A model generated the notes under the pieces. It searched no databases and was not told where the DNA came from. It was given only the letters and a program-made list of their open reading frames with translations. Shown here one piece after another: positions 19,991 to 30,087 of a stretch of 64,000 nt of DNA. The stretch lies in NCBI GenBank assembly GCA_023663225.1, contig JAMPHU010000010.1:1513-65512 (forward strand). The letters run 5' to 3'. Within the stretch, counting starts at the first letter, position 1; each line of letters begins with the position of its first letter. Origin of the DNA: Candidatus Gastranaerophilales bacterium (GTDB lineage Bacteria > Bacillota > Clostridia > Lachnospirales > Lachnospiraceae). The position numbers and the translations under genes are program-made.

Positions 19991-20926
19991 ATGATGAAGC
20001 CTGTATATATCATCAATGGTTTTTTGGAGAGCGGTAAAACGGAATTTATCAAATTTACCCTGGGGCAGCCTTACTTTCAAGTGAGGGGGAAAACCTTGCT
20101 CTTGCTCTGTGAGGAGGGCGAGGTGGAATACGATGAGGCGCTTTTGCAGAAAAGCCGCACTGTCGTGGAGTTGATTGAAAACGAGGAGGACTTTAATCCC
20201 TCCAGGCTGCTTTCTTTGGAGAAAAAGCATCGTCCCGAGCGTATCATAGTGGAATACAACGGCATGTGGAATTTCAAGAATATGAAGCTGCCCAGAAGTT
20301 GGAGGATTGAACAGCAGATCACCACAGTGGACGGGTCTACCTTCCCCATGTATTATACTAACATGCGTTCTCTGTTGGCGGAGATGATCAGAGGCTCTGA
20401 AATGATCATCTTCAACCGCTGTGACAACGTGAGGGAAGATCTGAACAGTTATAAGCGCAATGTCAAGGCGGTCAATCCTTCCGCGGACGTGGTGTTTGAG
20501 GATGCAAACGGTGAGATCGACGAGATCTTTGAGGAGGATCTGCCCTATGATCTGAGTCAGGATACGATCGTTTTGGATAATCAGGGTTATGGGATCTGGT
20601 ATTTGGACTCCATGGATCACTTGGAGCGGTATGTGGGGAAAAAGCTGCAGTTTGTGGCGATGGTGCTGAAGCCGGAGCATTTTCCGGAGGGTTGTTTTGT
20701 ACCGGGGCGCATGGCGATGACCTGTTGCGCCGACGATATGGCGTTTCTCGGATATGTGTGTAAATTTCCCGGCGCAGGCGCGCTGAAACAAAAAGAGTGG
20801 GTGAAAGTGACTGCGTCCGTGTCGAAGGAGTATTGGGCCGACTATCAGGGAGAAGGCCCTGTGCTTCATGCGCTCAGCGTAGAGAAGGCCAAGGCTCCGC
20901 GGGATGCGGTGATCAATTTTTCATAG
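19991..20926 (+). CDS. Divergent G3E-like P-loop protein fused to a CC-motif (DUF1980/TIGR03943-like) C-terminal domain
   Basis: Walker A INGFLESGKTEFI and NRCD (NKxD-like), but no CxCC motif. C-terminus GRMAMTCCADDMAFLGYVC..WVKVTA resembles the soluble C-terminal domain of TIGR03943-type proteins (from memory). Confidence 0.6.
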   Translation: MMKPVYIINGFLESGKTEFIKFTLGQPYFQVRGKTLLLLCEEGEVEYDEALLQKSRTVVELIENEEDFNPSRLLSLEKKHRPERIIVEYNGMWNFKNMKLPRSWRIEQQITTVDGSTFPMYYTNMRSLLAEMIRGSEMIIFNRCDNVREDLNSYKRNVKAVNPSADVVFEDANGEIDEIFEEDLPYDLSQDTIVLDNQGYGIWYLDSMDHLERYVGKKLQFVAMVLKPEHFPEGCFVPGRMAMTCCADDMAFLGYVCKFPGAGALKQKEWVKVTASVSKEYWADYQGEGPVLHALSVEKAKAPRDAVINFS

Positions 20927-20942
20927 AAAATTTCATAGAAAA

Positions 20943-20996
20943 ACTGTCGCATGGAATAGCCAAGACGGCTCTCGTGCGACAGTCTCATTTTTTATG
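20943..20996 (+). terminator. Rho-independent terminator after the GTPase pair
   Basis: Stem ACTGTCGCA (20943-20951) / TGCGACAGT (20975-20983) with an inner AGCC/GGCT pairing, followed by CTCATTTTTT. Confidence 0.7.
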
Positions 20997-21081
20997 GCAA
21001 AACAGGAATAAATAAGGCGGCTGTGCAATATACTTCTGTGGAATAAACGTATTCTTTCGGATGCGGCGGTGAGGTGGACGG

Positions 21082-21855
21082 TTGGATATTGTGATCGGGG
21101 TGTTGGTGCCGCTTTTGGGCACGACGGCAGGGGCAGCCTGCGTATTTTTCCTAAAAAAGCAGATCAGGCCGGGATTACAGCGTATTTTTGCAGGGTTTGC
21201 GGCGGGAGTCATGGTGGCGGCGTCCATCTGGTCGCTGTTGATTCCGGCGATAGAGATGTGCGAAGCAAAAGGAAAATGGTCTGTTATGCCCGCGCTGAGT
21301 GGCTTTATACTCGGTATTATTTTTTTGCTTTTGGCGGACACTTTTGTGCCGCATCTGCATGTGGACAGCAGGGGAGCTGAGGGCAGGAAAAGCAACTTAA
21401 GCAGGACCGCCATGCTGATCTTTGCCGTGACGATCCACAATCTGCCCGAGGGAGCGGCCTGCGGCGCTATTTTTGCGGGAGTGATGAGCGGCGACCAAAC
21501 GGTGACGTATGCCGGCGCTCTGACACTGGCCATCGGCATTGCCATACAGAATTTTCCGGAGGGCGCTATCATCGCGTTTCCGCTGCGGAGTGAGGGGCAC
21601 AGCAGGTGGAAGGCGTTTCTCTACGGGACGCTGTCCGGCGTGGTGGAGCCTGTGGGAGCGGCAGCGGCGATCTTATTGGCGAGTGCGGTGACCGCGATAT
21701 TGCCGTATTTGCTGGCGTTTGCGGCGGGCGCCATGCTCTATGTGGTGGTGGAGGAGCTGATACCGGAGGCCAATGAGGGGAAACATTCCAATCTGGGCAC
21801 GGTCGCGTTTGCGGTCGGATTTGCCCTGATGATGGTTTTAGATCAGGTGTTATAG
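21082..21855 (+). CDS. zupT: ZIP-family divalent metal (zinc) transporter
   Basis: ZIP signatures HNLPEGAA and IAIQNFPEGA. Eight-TM pattern. TTG start. Adjacent to the COG0523 genes. Confidence 0.8.
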   Translation: MDIVIGVLVPLLGTTAGAACVFFLKKQIRPGLQRIFAGFAAGVMVAASIWSLLIPAIEMCEAKGKWSVMPALSGFILGIIFLLLADTFVPHLHVDSRGAEGRKSNLSRTAMLIFAVTIHNLPEGAACGAIFAGVMSGDQTVTYAGALTLAIGIAIQNFPEGAIIAFPLRSEGHSRWKAFLYGTLSGVVEPVGAAAAILLASAVTAILPYLLAFAAGAMLYVVVEELIPEANEGKHSNLGTVAFAVGFALMMVLDQVL

Positions 21856-21880
21856 ACGGCGGCAGGCTGTACAAAGGAGG

Positions 21881-22825
21881 ATGAAAGCTTTGCATATGTA
21901 CCAATACACGGTGATACAGTGGCTTTTCTTTTTCTATTTTTATTGCTTTTGCGGCTGGTGTTTTGAGTCGGCTTATGTATCTATAAAAAACAGGAAGTGG
22001 ACCAACAGAGGTTTTATGCGGGGGCCTTTTCTGCCGTTGTACGGAAGCGGCGCGATTATGATGCTGGTGGTGTCCATGCCCTTTCAGGATCATCTGCTGC
22101 TCGTGTATGTGGCGGGTTGTGTGGGAGCCACGGTGCTGGAATATATAACAGGTGTTACTATGGAGGCGCTCTTTCAGGTGCGCTATTGGGATTACTCCAA
22201 GAATAAGTTTAATTTCCAGGGACATATCTGTCTGGGCACTTCCCTGTCATGGGGGTTTCTCACGATTCTGATGACGGAGGTGGTGCACAAGCCGATAGAG
22301 ACCTTGATCCTCTCCATACCGAGCGAGATCCTCACAGGGGTGACTTATGTGTTGACCATTGTCATTGCCGCCGATTTTGCCCTGGCGTTTAAGGCGGCGC
22401 TCGATCTGCGGGATGTGTTGGTGCGCATGGAGAAGGCGAAGGAAGAGCTGGTGCATATACAGGAGCGTCTCAACGCCATTGTGGAGGCTGCAGACGAGGA
22501 GTGGAGCAGCTATAGAGAGGAGTGGACGGAAAATGTCAGCACCCGCATGGAAGATCTGAGAGAAAGTGTGGAGGCAAATTTGGATCGCATCAAGACCTTT
22601 GCCCAGAGCAAACAGACGGAATACTTCGCGGAGGTGAAGGAGGAGCTTGCCGAGCTGCGGAAACGGTATTCGCGCAATGTGGAGGAGAGACGCCGCCTCA
22701 GCTCCCTGCGGGATTTTTTCCAGCAGGAAATCATCCGCTCCAACCCCACTTTGCGTTCCGAGAGGCATGAGGAGGCGCTCGCGGAAGTGAAGGAGAAGCT
22801 GGAAAGAGGCGGCGCAAACGAGTGA
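21881..22825 (+). CDS. Membrane protein of the 'putative ABC-transporter type IV' (PF06541-like) family with a C-terminal coiled coil
   Basis: Family-typical GWCFESAYVSI..NRGFMRGPFLPLYGSGA..LEYITG..RYWDYS..FNFQGHICL. The C-terminal ~140 aa are charged and helical. Confidence 0.7.
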   Translation: MKALHMYQYTVIQWLFFFYFYCFCGWCFESAYVSIKNRKWTNRGFMRGPFLPLYGSGAIMMLVVSMPFQDHLLLVYVAGCVGATVLEYITGVTMEALFQVRYWDYSKNKFNFQGHICLGTSLSWGFLTILMTEVVHKPIETLILSIPSEILTGVTYVLTIVIAADFALAFKAALDLRDVLVRMEKAKEELVHIQERLNAIVEAADEEWSSYREEWTENVSTRMEDLRESVEANLDRIKTFAQSKQTEYFAEVKEELAELRKRYSRNVEERRRLSSLRDFFQQEIIRSNPTLRSERHEEALAEVKEKLERGGANE

Positions 22826-22852
22826 TTTTATCAGGAGAAGGAGAGAAAGTAT

Positions 22853-24424
22853 ATGCCGACAGAAGAAAAAGGACTGACCCTGCTTAAGAGAGGGCAGAAA
22901 GGAATTTTGCACACGATATTCAGCCGAATGGGACTGATGCTGGTCCTGCTCGCATTACAGGTGTTTTTGTTGTTTGGATTGTTTCAGTGGTTTAAAGAAT
23001 TTCTGCCGCATGTTTTGGGGGGCACCGCGTTATTTACAGTGTTTGTGGTGCTGTATCTTTTGAACAGCCGCCTCGACCCCACGGCAAAGATCACCTGGCT
23101 GATTGTGATCATGCTGCTGCCTGTCTTTGGCTCGCTTTTGTACTGGTATACTAAGAGTGATCTGGGCCATCGGGTGTTAAAAAAGTATTTTGGTATCCAG
23201 ATTGCCGCCTCCAAGGATGCGATACCGCAGTCGCCTGCCGCGATAGAAGGACTTCGCAGCGCCAATCCGGGAGCGGCTTCCCTGATTCATTACATGGGCA
23301 GGAGCGGATGTCATCCCGTGTACGAAAAGACGGCGGTGACTTATTTCCCCCTGGGGGAGGACAAGTTTGCGGAAATGCTGAAGCAGTTGGAGAAGGCGGA
23401 GCATTTCATCTTTATGGAATATTTCATTGTGGACGAGGGCGTGATGTGGGGTGAGATCTTGGAGATCCTCGCCAGAAAGGCAGCCCAGGGCGTGGATGTG
23501 CGGGTCATGTACGACGGGACTTGTGAATTTGTGTTGCTGCCCAAGGGTTACCCCAAGCGTTTGAAGAAACTGGGCATCAAGTGTAAAGTGTTTGCGCCGG
23601 TGTCTCCTTTTGTGTCCACGCACTATAATTACCGCGATCACAGAAAGATTTTGGTCATCGACGGACATACGGCGTTCAACGGCGGAGTCAATCTGGCGGA
23701 CGAATACATCAACCGCAAGGTGAAATTCGGGCATTGGAAAGATACCGCAGTCATGCTGCAGGGGGAGGCGGTTAAGTCCTTTACCCTCATGTTTTTGCAG
23801 ATGTGGGGAGCGGACGGCAAAGAGCCGGAGATCGAAAAATTTCTCGCATATCCCTGTCTGCCGAGGGAGGATGCGAAGGGTTATGTGGCGCCCTACGGCG
23901 ATTATCCCATAGACGATGACAGACTGGGAGAGCGAGTGTACATGGATATTTTGAACCGTGCCCAGCGCTATGTACATATTATGTCACCCTATCTGATCCT
24001 GGACGGAGAGATGGAGACCGCCCTGAAATTTGCGGCGGAGAGGGGCGTGGAAGTGAAACTGATCCTGCCGGGCGTGCCGGATAAAAAGATCCCCTACTCG
24101 CTGGCCAAGACGCACTATGCGTCTCTCTTGGCATCGGGCGTAAAAATTTATGAGTACACGCCGGGTTTTGTACACGCCAAGGTATTTGTCAGCGATGACA
24201 GGGAGGCGGTGGTGGGCACCATCAATTTGGATTACCGCAGCCTGTATCATCATTTCGAGTGCGCAACCTATCAGTACGACACGGACTGTATCCCGAGTAT
24301 AGAGGCGGATTTCCAGGCGACGCTTGAGAAGTGCCGCGAGGCTACCATGGAGTCTGTCAAGAAGGAGAAGATATCGCTCAAATTGATGGGGATATTGATG
24401 AAGGCGGTAGCGCCTTTGCTGTGA
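22853..24424 (+). CDS. cls: Cardiolipin synthase
   Basis: Two N-terminal TM helices and two PLD HKD motifs (HRKILVIDGHTAFNGGVNL and HAKVFVSDDREAVVGTINLD). Confidence 0.9.
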   Translation: MPTEEKGLTLLKRGQKGILHTIFSRMGLMLVLLALQVFLLFGLFQWFKEFLPHVLGGTALFTVFVVLYLLNSRLDPTAKITWLIVIMLLPVFGSLLYWYTKSDLGHRVLKKYFGIQIAASKDAIPQSPAAIEGLRSANPGAASLIHYMGRSGCHPVYEKTAVTYFPLGEDKFAEMLKQLEKAEHFIFMEYFIVDEGVMWGEILEILARKAAQGVDVRVMYDGTCEFVLLPKGYPKRLKKLGIKCKVFAPVSPFVSTHYNYRDHRKILVIDGHTAFNGGVNLADEYINRKVKFGHWKDTAVMLQGEAVKSFTLMFLQMWGADGKEPEIEKFLAYPCLPREDAKGYVAPYGDYPIDDDRLGERVYMDILNRAQRYVHIMSPYLILDGEMETALKFAAERGVEVKLILPGVPDKKIPYSLAKTHYASLLASGVKIYEYTPGFVHAKVFVSDDREAVVGTINLDYRSLYHHFECATYQYDTDCIPSIEADFQATLEKCREATMESVKKEKISLKLMGILMKAVAPLL

Positions 24425-24546
24425 TAATCTGAACGGTTACAGGAATTTTGCGTAAGGATGAAAATGTACTTGAGATATTTTTGCAGATGCATTAAACTGT
24501 ATTAATAAGAGATTCATATGGTCAGGGAACCGGAAAGGAGAAGGTT

Positions 24547-25860
24547 ATGGAATCAATCAATAAAGGAAAGGGTATTATCGGCAAGATTATCGGGATTTGC
24601 GCCGCATTGTTTTCACCGACATTGATCGCGCAGATCGTGATATTGGAGCTGCTTTCCAAGAATGTGATCAGTGTTATGCTGGCCATGATCTTGACAGTGA
24701 TTGTAGTCATCGTGATGATGTGCTTGGCAGTGATGGCGATCCGATCGCTTTTGATGCCTGTGCTTAAGGTGTTCACCAATATGGGAGATGCCGGGGATGA
24801 GTCGGATAAGATGACGCAGAAGATCAACAAGCTTGCTGAGCGTCAGGACGGTATCGGCGAGATGATACGCAAGGTCAATGAAATGGTGGACGGTTTGGCG
24901 GGCATTGTGAAAGGAATCAAGAATGCCACGGGAGAGCTGGAAAGTATCTCATCCGATTTTCAACAGATGTTCAACGAGATGGAAAATTCCATGCAGGATA
25001 CGTCTGTTTCTGTCCATACGATCACAGATAACACCGTTTCGCAGGTGAGTTATACCCGCGATATGAAGAATAAGATCGACGCCATCAGTATGGCGATCGG
25101 CAATATCAACAACAATATCAAAGCGCTGACCAGGAGCACAGAGTTGGTGGAGAGCTGTAGCAACGACGCGAAGCGTATTATGGATGAGCTGATCACCATC
25201 AGTGAGAGCAGCGGTGCGGCGATCGAGGAAGTCAAGCAGCAGACTGACCGCACCAATCAGTCCGCACAACAGATACATACGGCCACGGAGATCATTGCCG
25301 GTATCTCCAACCAGACGAACCTGTTGGCTTTGAACGCAAGTATTGAGGCGGCCAGGGCGGGAGAGCATGGAAAAGGGTTTGCCGTGGTGGCGGAGGAGAT
25401 CCGCAATCTGGCGGATCAGTCCAAGGAATCCACGGAACAGATCAATAAGATCGTCAACGATCTGATCGCCAATTCCAATATCAGCGTAGACATCACCAAG
25501 CGGGTTTCCGAGGCGTTTGCGGAGCAGAGCAAGAAGATTCAGGAGACGGAGGTCATCTTCCAGTCTTTGCATACGGAGATCGATGAAGTGAGCAACGCCA
25601 TCAAGGGAATCGATTCGGAGATCACGGACTTAAACGAGCACAAGTCTGTGATAGAGAGCAGCGTGGAGTCCATGGCAAGCTTTGTGGAAGAAAATGCGGA
25701 ACACGCCGAAGTTACCACCGAGAACGTCAAAGGTCTGAAGGGAATGGTGGAAGACTGCAACGGCATGACAAAGAAGGTCGTGGAGGTGTCAGAGGAGCTG
25801 GTGGGATACTTGAAGAAGATCAACATCGGTTCTATCAAGAACAAGATTGGGGTGGAATAG
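24547..25860 (+). CDS. Methyl-accepting chemotaxis protein
   Basis: Highly conserved signalling hairpin [40 protein letters not shown]. Two N-terminal TM segments. Confidence 0.9.
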   Translation: MESINKGKGIIGKIIGICAALFSPTLIAQIVILELLSKNVISVMLAMILTVIVVIVMMCLAVMAIRSLLMPVLKVFTNMGDAGDESDKMTQKINKLAERQDGIGEMIRKVNEMVDGLAGIVKGIKNATGELESISSDFQQMFNEMENSMQDTSVSVHTITDNTVSQVSYTRDMKNKIDAISMAIGNINNNIKALTRSTELVESCSNDAKRIMDELITISESSGAAIEEVKQQTDRTNQSAQQIHTATEIIAGISNQTNLLALNASIEAARAGEHGKGFAVVAEEIRNLADQSKESTEQINKIVNDLIANSNISVDITKRVSEAFAEQSKKIQETEVIFQSLHTEIDEVSNAIKGIDSEITDLNEHKSVIESSVESMASFVEENAEHAEVTTENVKGLKGMVEDCNGMTKKVVEVSEELVGYLKKINIGSIKNKIGVE

Positions 25861-25890
25861 TATTTCGCTCTTTATAAATGCTATGCTATA

Positions 25891-25932
25891 AAAGCAGCGC
25901 CTTGCTTTACCAGAACGGGGGCGCTGCTTTTT
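25891..25932 (+). terminator. Rho-independent terminator after the MCP gene
   Basis: AAAGCAGCGCC (25891-25901) / GGCGCTGCTTT (25920-25930), followed by TT. Confidence 0.7.
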
Positions 25933-26154
25933 GCGTGCAATAAAAATAACGAGAGTTATTGAAATGCATATACAACGTCTGTATAGAACAAGCAATGATA
26001 GAGCCAGCGTCGGAACAGAACAAAAGTTTGTTGACATATAAATATATATAGTGTATCATAATAATACAGAGAAAGAGAACGTCGCCGGATAACACGAGGG
26101 TGAAATCACCAGCATGCTTGACATGTGGTAGTCGTGCCGGGGGTTCTTTTTCTT

Positions 26155-26901
26155 TTAGTTCTTGCAAATCATCCTATCAGTGAAATATTGCTTGTTTGGT
26201 TTCATTGAGTCAGAGTAGTATTTTACACCATATTTATCAATATGACCATTATGACGATAAAGCTTATGCTCTAATCTCATACTGTAGCAAGGCGTTATAA
26301 ACCCATACTGGTTTGGCTCAAATCTGTAAAACATTGATGTGGCACAAACATCTGCGAGTTGAAGCATATCCCATGAGTTTGCCTGTTTGCTCTGTATAGA
26401 GGTAAAGCAGTTTGCAATTTCATTGTTGTGAAAATTCAAAAGCTTGTCATCGATGTAATCAATTAACTCCTGATCCCGATTGGTTCCCCTGCTTGAAAGA
26501 ATGATCTTTCCTTTTCGGTTCGTGTCTCTTAATAACCAGGATGCTCGCTCTATCAGTAGTCTACAGGCAAAATTATATGTCACAATACTGGGGTTGTCAG
26601 TAGTATTTTTACAATTTATGTTCAGTAGCGAAGTATCAATAATTACATTGAGATATTCAAAGCATCCTTTTGATAATTCACTTATTACAAAAGTTTTTTG
26701 CTCATAGTTTCTGAGATTTCTAAAATGTATGTCATGTATATTCAGGCGTTGTTTGATAGAATTCATTATATTGCGAATTTTTGGCTCATCACATACATTT
26801 ATTATAACAGCGCTTAGTACAAACCACTGTGTGCCTCTTCCGATGCCTAAATCGCCTGCTTCATCTATGTAAATTGTGCAATCATGATTCATTGTACTCA
26901 C
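26155..26901 (-). CDS. DUF3800-family protein (A)
   Basis: N-terminal IYIDEAGDLG followed by WFVLSAVII. C-terminal LQLADVCA motif. About 28-30% GC in sampled lines, far below the flanks. Confidence 0.7.
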   Translation of the reverse strand: MSTMNHDCTIYIDEAGDLGIGRGTQWFVLSAVIINVCDEPKIRNIMNSIKQRLNIHDIHFRNLRNYEQKTFVISELSKGCFEYLNVIIDTSLLNINCKNTTDNPSIVTYNFACRLLIERASWLLRDTNRKGKIILSSRGTNRDQELIDYIDDKLLNFHNNEIANCFTSIQSKQANSWDMLQLADVCATSMFYRFEPNQYGFITPCYSMRLEHKLYRHNGHIDKYGVKYYSDSMKPNKQYFTDRMICKN

Positions 26902-27104
26902 CTCACATGTTCTTTTGTATTTATAATAAATTTCTCAATAAAAGAAATTTTCAACTACATATTGACGTTATAACATATCGACTGCAATATTGCAATAAAA
27001 ATATGTAACACAAAGTAAAAAAGCCGGATACAAAACGGATACACCCCTTGAATAGAATATGCAATGTCATGCATCTAAACAAAGACAAACGAGGAGGATA
27101 TTCC

Positions 27105-29378
27105 ATGAAAAAATTAAAAAGAACGAAGTATGTATCTTGTCTGTTCCTGTGCGTATCACTGCTTTTAACTGCGTGTAGCAAGGATAATTCATTGGGTAAC
27201 GATGCAGCGTCAAACGAAAGCGCGGTTTCTAATGTCATACATACCGCACAGGAGCGGGAGTGGGTCTATGTACCTACCGTATACACGGTGGAGGATGGAC
27301 ATGCGGACTATGAAAGGATGCAGCCTGTGGGCGATAGTTTCTTTTATGTGTCGCGGGAGGAAGATGCCGGAAACAGTGTCAAAAATATTTGCCGGTATAT
27401 CCTGGATGATGGAGAACTTACAAGTGTCCCTATCAACTGGCCGGAGGGAGGAAATGACTGGGATGTGGGATATCAGCTTTTTACGAGGGATTGGGGTCTG
27501 TATATGACAGCAAATGTCTATCCGGCGGATTCCGGTTCCATGAAACGGTTTTTGTGTAAGTTTGATCTGGAAGGAAATTGCCTGTTTTCCAAAGATATTA
27601 CAGAGCGGGCAGGGCGGAATGTCTCTCTGCATGGGTTGGCTGCGGACGCGCAGGGGAGGCTTTATATCTTTCTCGATAGCGGTGAGATATTGCTGTATAC
27701 CGGCGACGGGGATTATCATGGTTCTGTCAGTTATTGTTCGCCGGAGAACCAGGAGCCTGCCCAAATAAGGGGGATTTGCAACGGCGCTGACGGCAAACTA
27801 TATGTTTGCATCGGTCAGGAGAGCAGGAATATTGCAGGAGAACATACAGCAAAGACAGACAGCATGAGATGTTCCCTGATGGAAATTGACTTTGAAAATG
27901 CCCGACTGTTGGAGGTTGCCGGGCCTCTCTCCAATATCAACGGTCTCTGCACGACAGTGCGGCAAGGAAATGAACCTGCCGGACAGGGCGGAGATTTGGC
28001 CGGCGGGAGTAATGATTGGAGCAGCCGGTATGATCTCCTGTTATATGATGACAGGGCCGTCTATGGATATTGTTTTGACGCACAAAAAAGTAACTCCGAG
28101 TATGCCGGAGAAGAATTGTTTCTCTGGATGGACAGCGATATCAACGGATATTGTGTCAAAAATTTGTATTTGCTGGATGACGGCAGATTGTGTACCACAG
28201 TGGTAGATTGGATGAACGATGACAGGGGCATTGTGGCGCTTAGAAGGACAAAAGCGGAACAGGCGCCCAGGCGGGAAGAACTGGTGCTTGCCACTGTGAA
28301 CGGAGGGAGCGACCTGGCGGCAATGGCAGTACAGTTCAACAGGGGAAACAGTAGGTATCATCTCACTGTGAAAAGCTATGAATCCCTGACCGATCTATAC
28401 AATGCTATACTGACCAAGGAACCCATGGATCTGATCGATCTGTCCGGCATCAATGTGCGGAAACTGGCGGACAGGGGACTCTTTGAGGATCTGGCTCCCT
28501 ATGTGGCTCAGTCGGAGGCGTTTGCCGCTTCTGATTTTGTGGACGGGATATTAGATGTATATACCTATGACAATACATTGGTGGGTATTCCGGCGGAGTT
28601 TATGATTCAGACTGTAGTGGGAAACCGCGCGCAGATGGACAATAAAGCGGGACTGACACTGGAGGAGCTGTATTCGCTTGCAGACCGCTATCCGGAGGCA
28701 AAAGCCTTTGACGGGGTGACAAAAGAAGAGATGCTGCAGTTTTGCCTGATGTTTCATGAGGATGTCTTTATCGACTGGGATACTGGCGTCTGCCGCTTCG
28801 ATTCGGAAGATTTTAAACAGGTACTTGCGTATGTGGGGCAATTTCCGGATTCTGTGATAGGTGGGAGAGAGGAGGAAAAAGGGGAAGTGCTGTTTGCTGT
28901 AGTGGAGACAACTCCTTACGCGTTATGGGATTATATGAAAATGTTTGAAGGGGATGCTGCATATGTAGGTTTCCCGACTGCGGACGGACACGGAGGCCAT
29001 CTTCTGATCGGCAGCGATGCGTATGCGATCGCCGCCGTGTCGGAGCATAAGGAGAGCGCGTGGGACTTTATTGAGGACTCCTTGACACAGGAGAAAAGTG
29101 AACTTTATGCAGACCTCTGGCTTACCTATCCTTCCTTGAAAAGGACATTGGATGAGAGGGTAGAGGTTGCCATAGCCAGAGATCGATTTACATGGGATGA
29201 TGTCAATGCAGCGCTTGAACTTGTTCCGGATGCAACGCCTTTCTTTGCCGTGGATGATGCAATCATTCAAATTATCAATGAAGAGGCGGGAGCTTATTAC
29301 AGCGGGCAAAAAGGGATAGATGATGTGGTAAGCGTTATCCAAAATCGTATCCAGGTTTATGTGGATGAAAATAGGTGA
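27105..29378 (+). CDS. Lipoprotein: N-terminal beta-propeller-like region fused to a family-1 extracellular solute-binding domain
   Basis: Lipobox LLLTACSKD after ATG 27105 (GAGGAGG RBS). Repeated G-[RK]-LY[IV] segments in the N-half. The C-half (ELVLATVNGGSD..LVGIPAEF..) is SBP-like. No cognate permease or ATPase nearby. Confidence 0.65.
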   Translation: MKKLKRTKYVSCLFLCVSLLLTACSKDNSLGNDAASNESAVSNVIHTAQEREWVYVPTVYTVEDGHADYERMQPVGDSFFYVSREEDAGNSVKNICRYILDDGELTSVPINWPEGGNDWDVGYQLFTRDWGLYMTANVYPADSGSMKRFLCKFDLEGNCLFSKDITERAGRNVSLHGLAADAQGRLYIFLDSGEILLYTGDGDYHGSVSYCSPENQEPAQIRGICNGADGKLYVCIGQESRNIAGEHTAKTDSMRCSLMEIDFENARLLEVAGPLSNINGLCTTVRQGNEPAGQGGDLAGGSNDWSSRYDLLLYDDRAVYGYCFDAQKSNSEYAGEELFLWMDSDINGYCVKNLYLLDDGRLCTTVVDWMNDDRGIVALRRTKAEQAPRREELVLATVNGGSDLAAMAVQFNRGNSRYHLTVKSYESLTDLYNAILTKEPMDLIDLSGINVRKLADRGLFEDLAPYVAQSEAFAASDFVDGILDVYTYDNTLVGIPAEFMIQTVVGNRAQMDNKAGLTLEELYSLADRYPEAKAFDGVTKEEMLQFCLMFHEDVFIDWDTGVCRFDSEDFKQVLAYVGQFPDSVIGGREEEKGEVLFAVVETTPYALWDYMKMFEGDAAYVGFPTADGHGGHLLIGSDAYAIAAVSEHKESAWDFIEDSLTQEKSELYADLWLTYPSLKRTLDERVEVAIARDRFTWDDVNAALELVPDATPFFAVDDAIIQIINEEAGAYYSGQKGIDDVVSVIQNRIQVYVDENR

Positions 29379-29443
29379 GGCTTCTTGTTTAATTTATGTT
29401 GTACCAGGCTTGAATTATGAAAGTAAATCAGAGATATTAATAT

Positions 29444-29809
29444 TCAGGTCTTCATAAATACATGCCGGAATGTTATCAGTAAAACTAAGTCAGGAGACCC
29501 ATTGCAACCGCGGTCATTCAGTTTCGATTTGTCGCAAATGACGGAGATATCCGGCTCAACATAGTTCTTATCATCGGCATTTAAAAATACGGCAAAAGGG
29601 GCGGGGTAGACTTTGCAGTCACCGGCATGATCATCAATGTACTGTCCGATCACCTTTGTAAACTGGCTGACAAGTTCCTGATGTATCTGCATCTGCGGCG
29701 CCATATTATAAATCTGGCCGTCAATCAGTTCCGCGCGCTGTCCTTCTGGGAGAGCGTATATATAATCAATGGTGTAAGTGTTTTCCTGTGCTAATGCCAT
29801 ACGATGCAC
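29444..29809 (-). pseudogene. Truncated Uma2 (DUF820) family endonuclease remnant
   Basis: YTIDYIYALPEGQRAELIDGQIY..VEPDISVICDKSKL..GSPDLV matches Uma2 proteins up to the PDLV(V/I)E motif, then diverges and stops (LLITFRHVFMKT*). About two-thirds of the usual length. Confidence 0.6.
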
Positions 29810-30087
29810 TTCCTTTCAAGGTTATTATATGTGGTTTGGTGAGGGTATCTATAATTTGATGATATATTTTCACCAATAGTCATTGTAATCACCTCGCAAT
29901 AACTATATCACAAAGAAGCGCTTAGTTACAAGAAAAAACTTCCGGGATATGTTTAAAGCCGTTCGGTGTGGGGATGCCGGGCGGTTTTTTTGATATAATG
30001 TCAATTTTTTCAGGTTGACAAATAAAAATATGTATGGAATAATATTAATGAACCACTGAAAGCGTGAATACGCCGTAGGTGGTGTTT

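Noticed and set aside
19289-20052. 145-aa and 241-aa minus-strand ORFs and a 163-aa alternative plus-frame ORF across the His-rich repeat
   Set aside because: These are alternative-frame readings of the CAT/CAC/GAT/GAG repeat tract. The COG0523 frame carries the conserved flanking domains.
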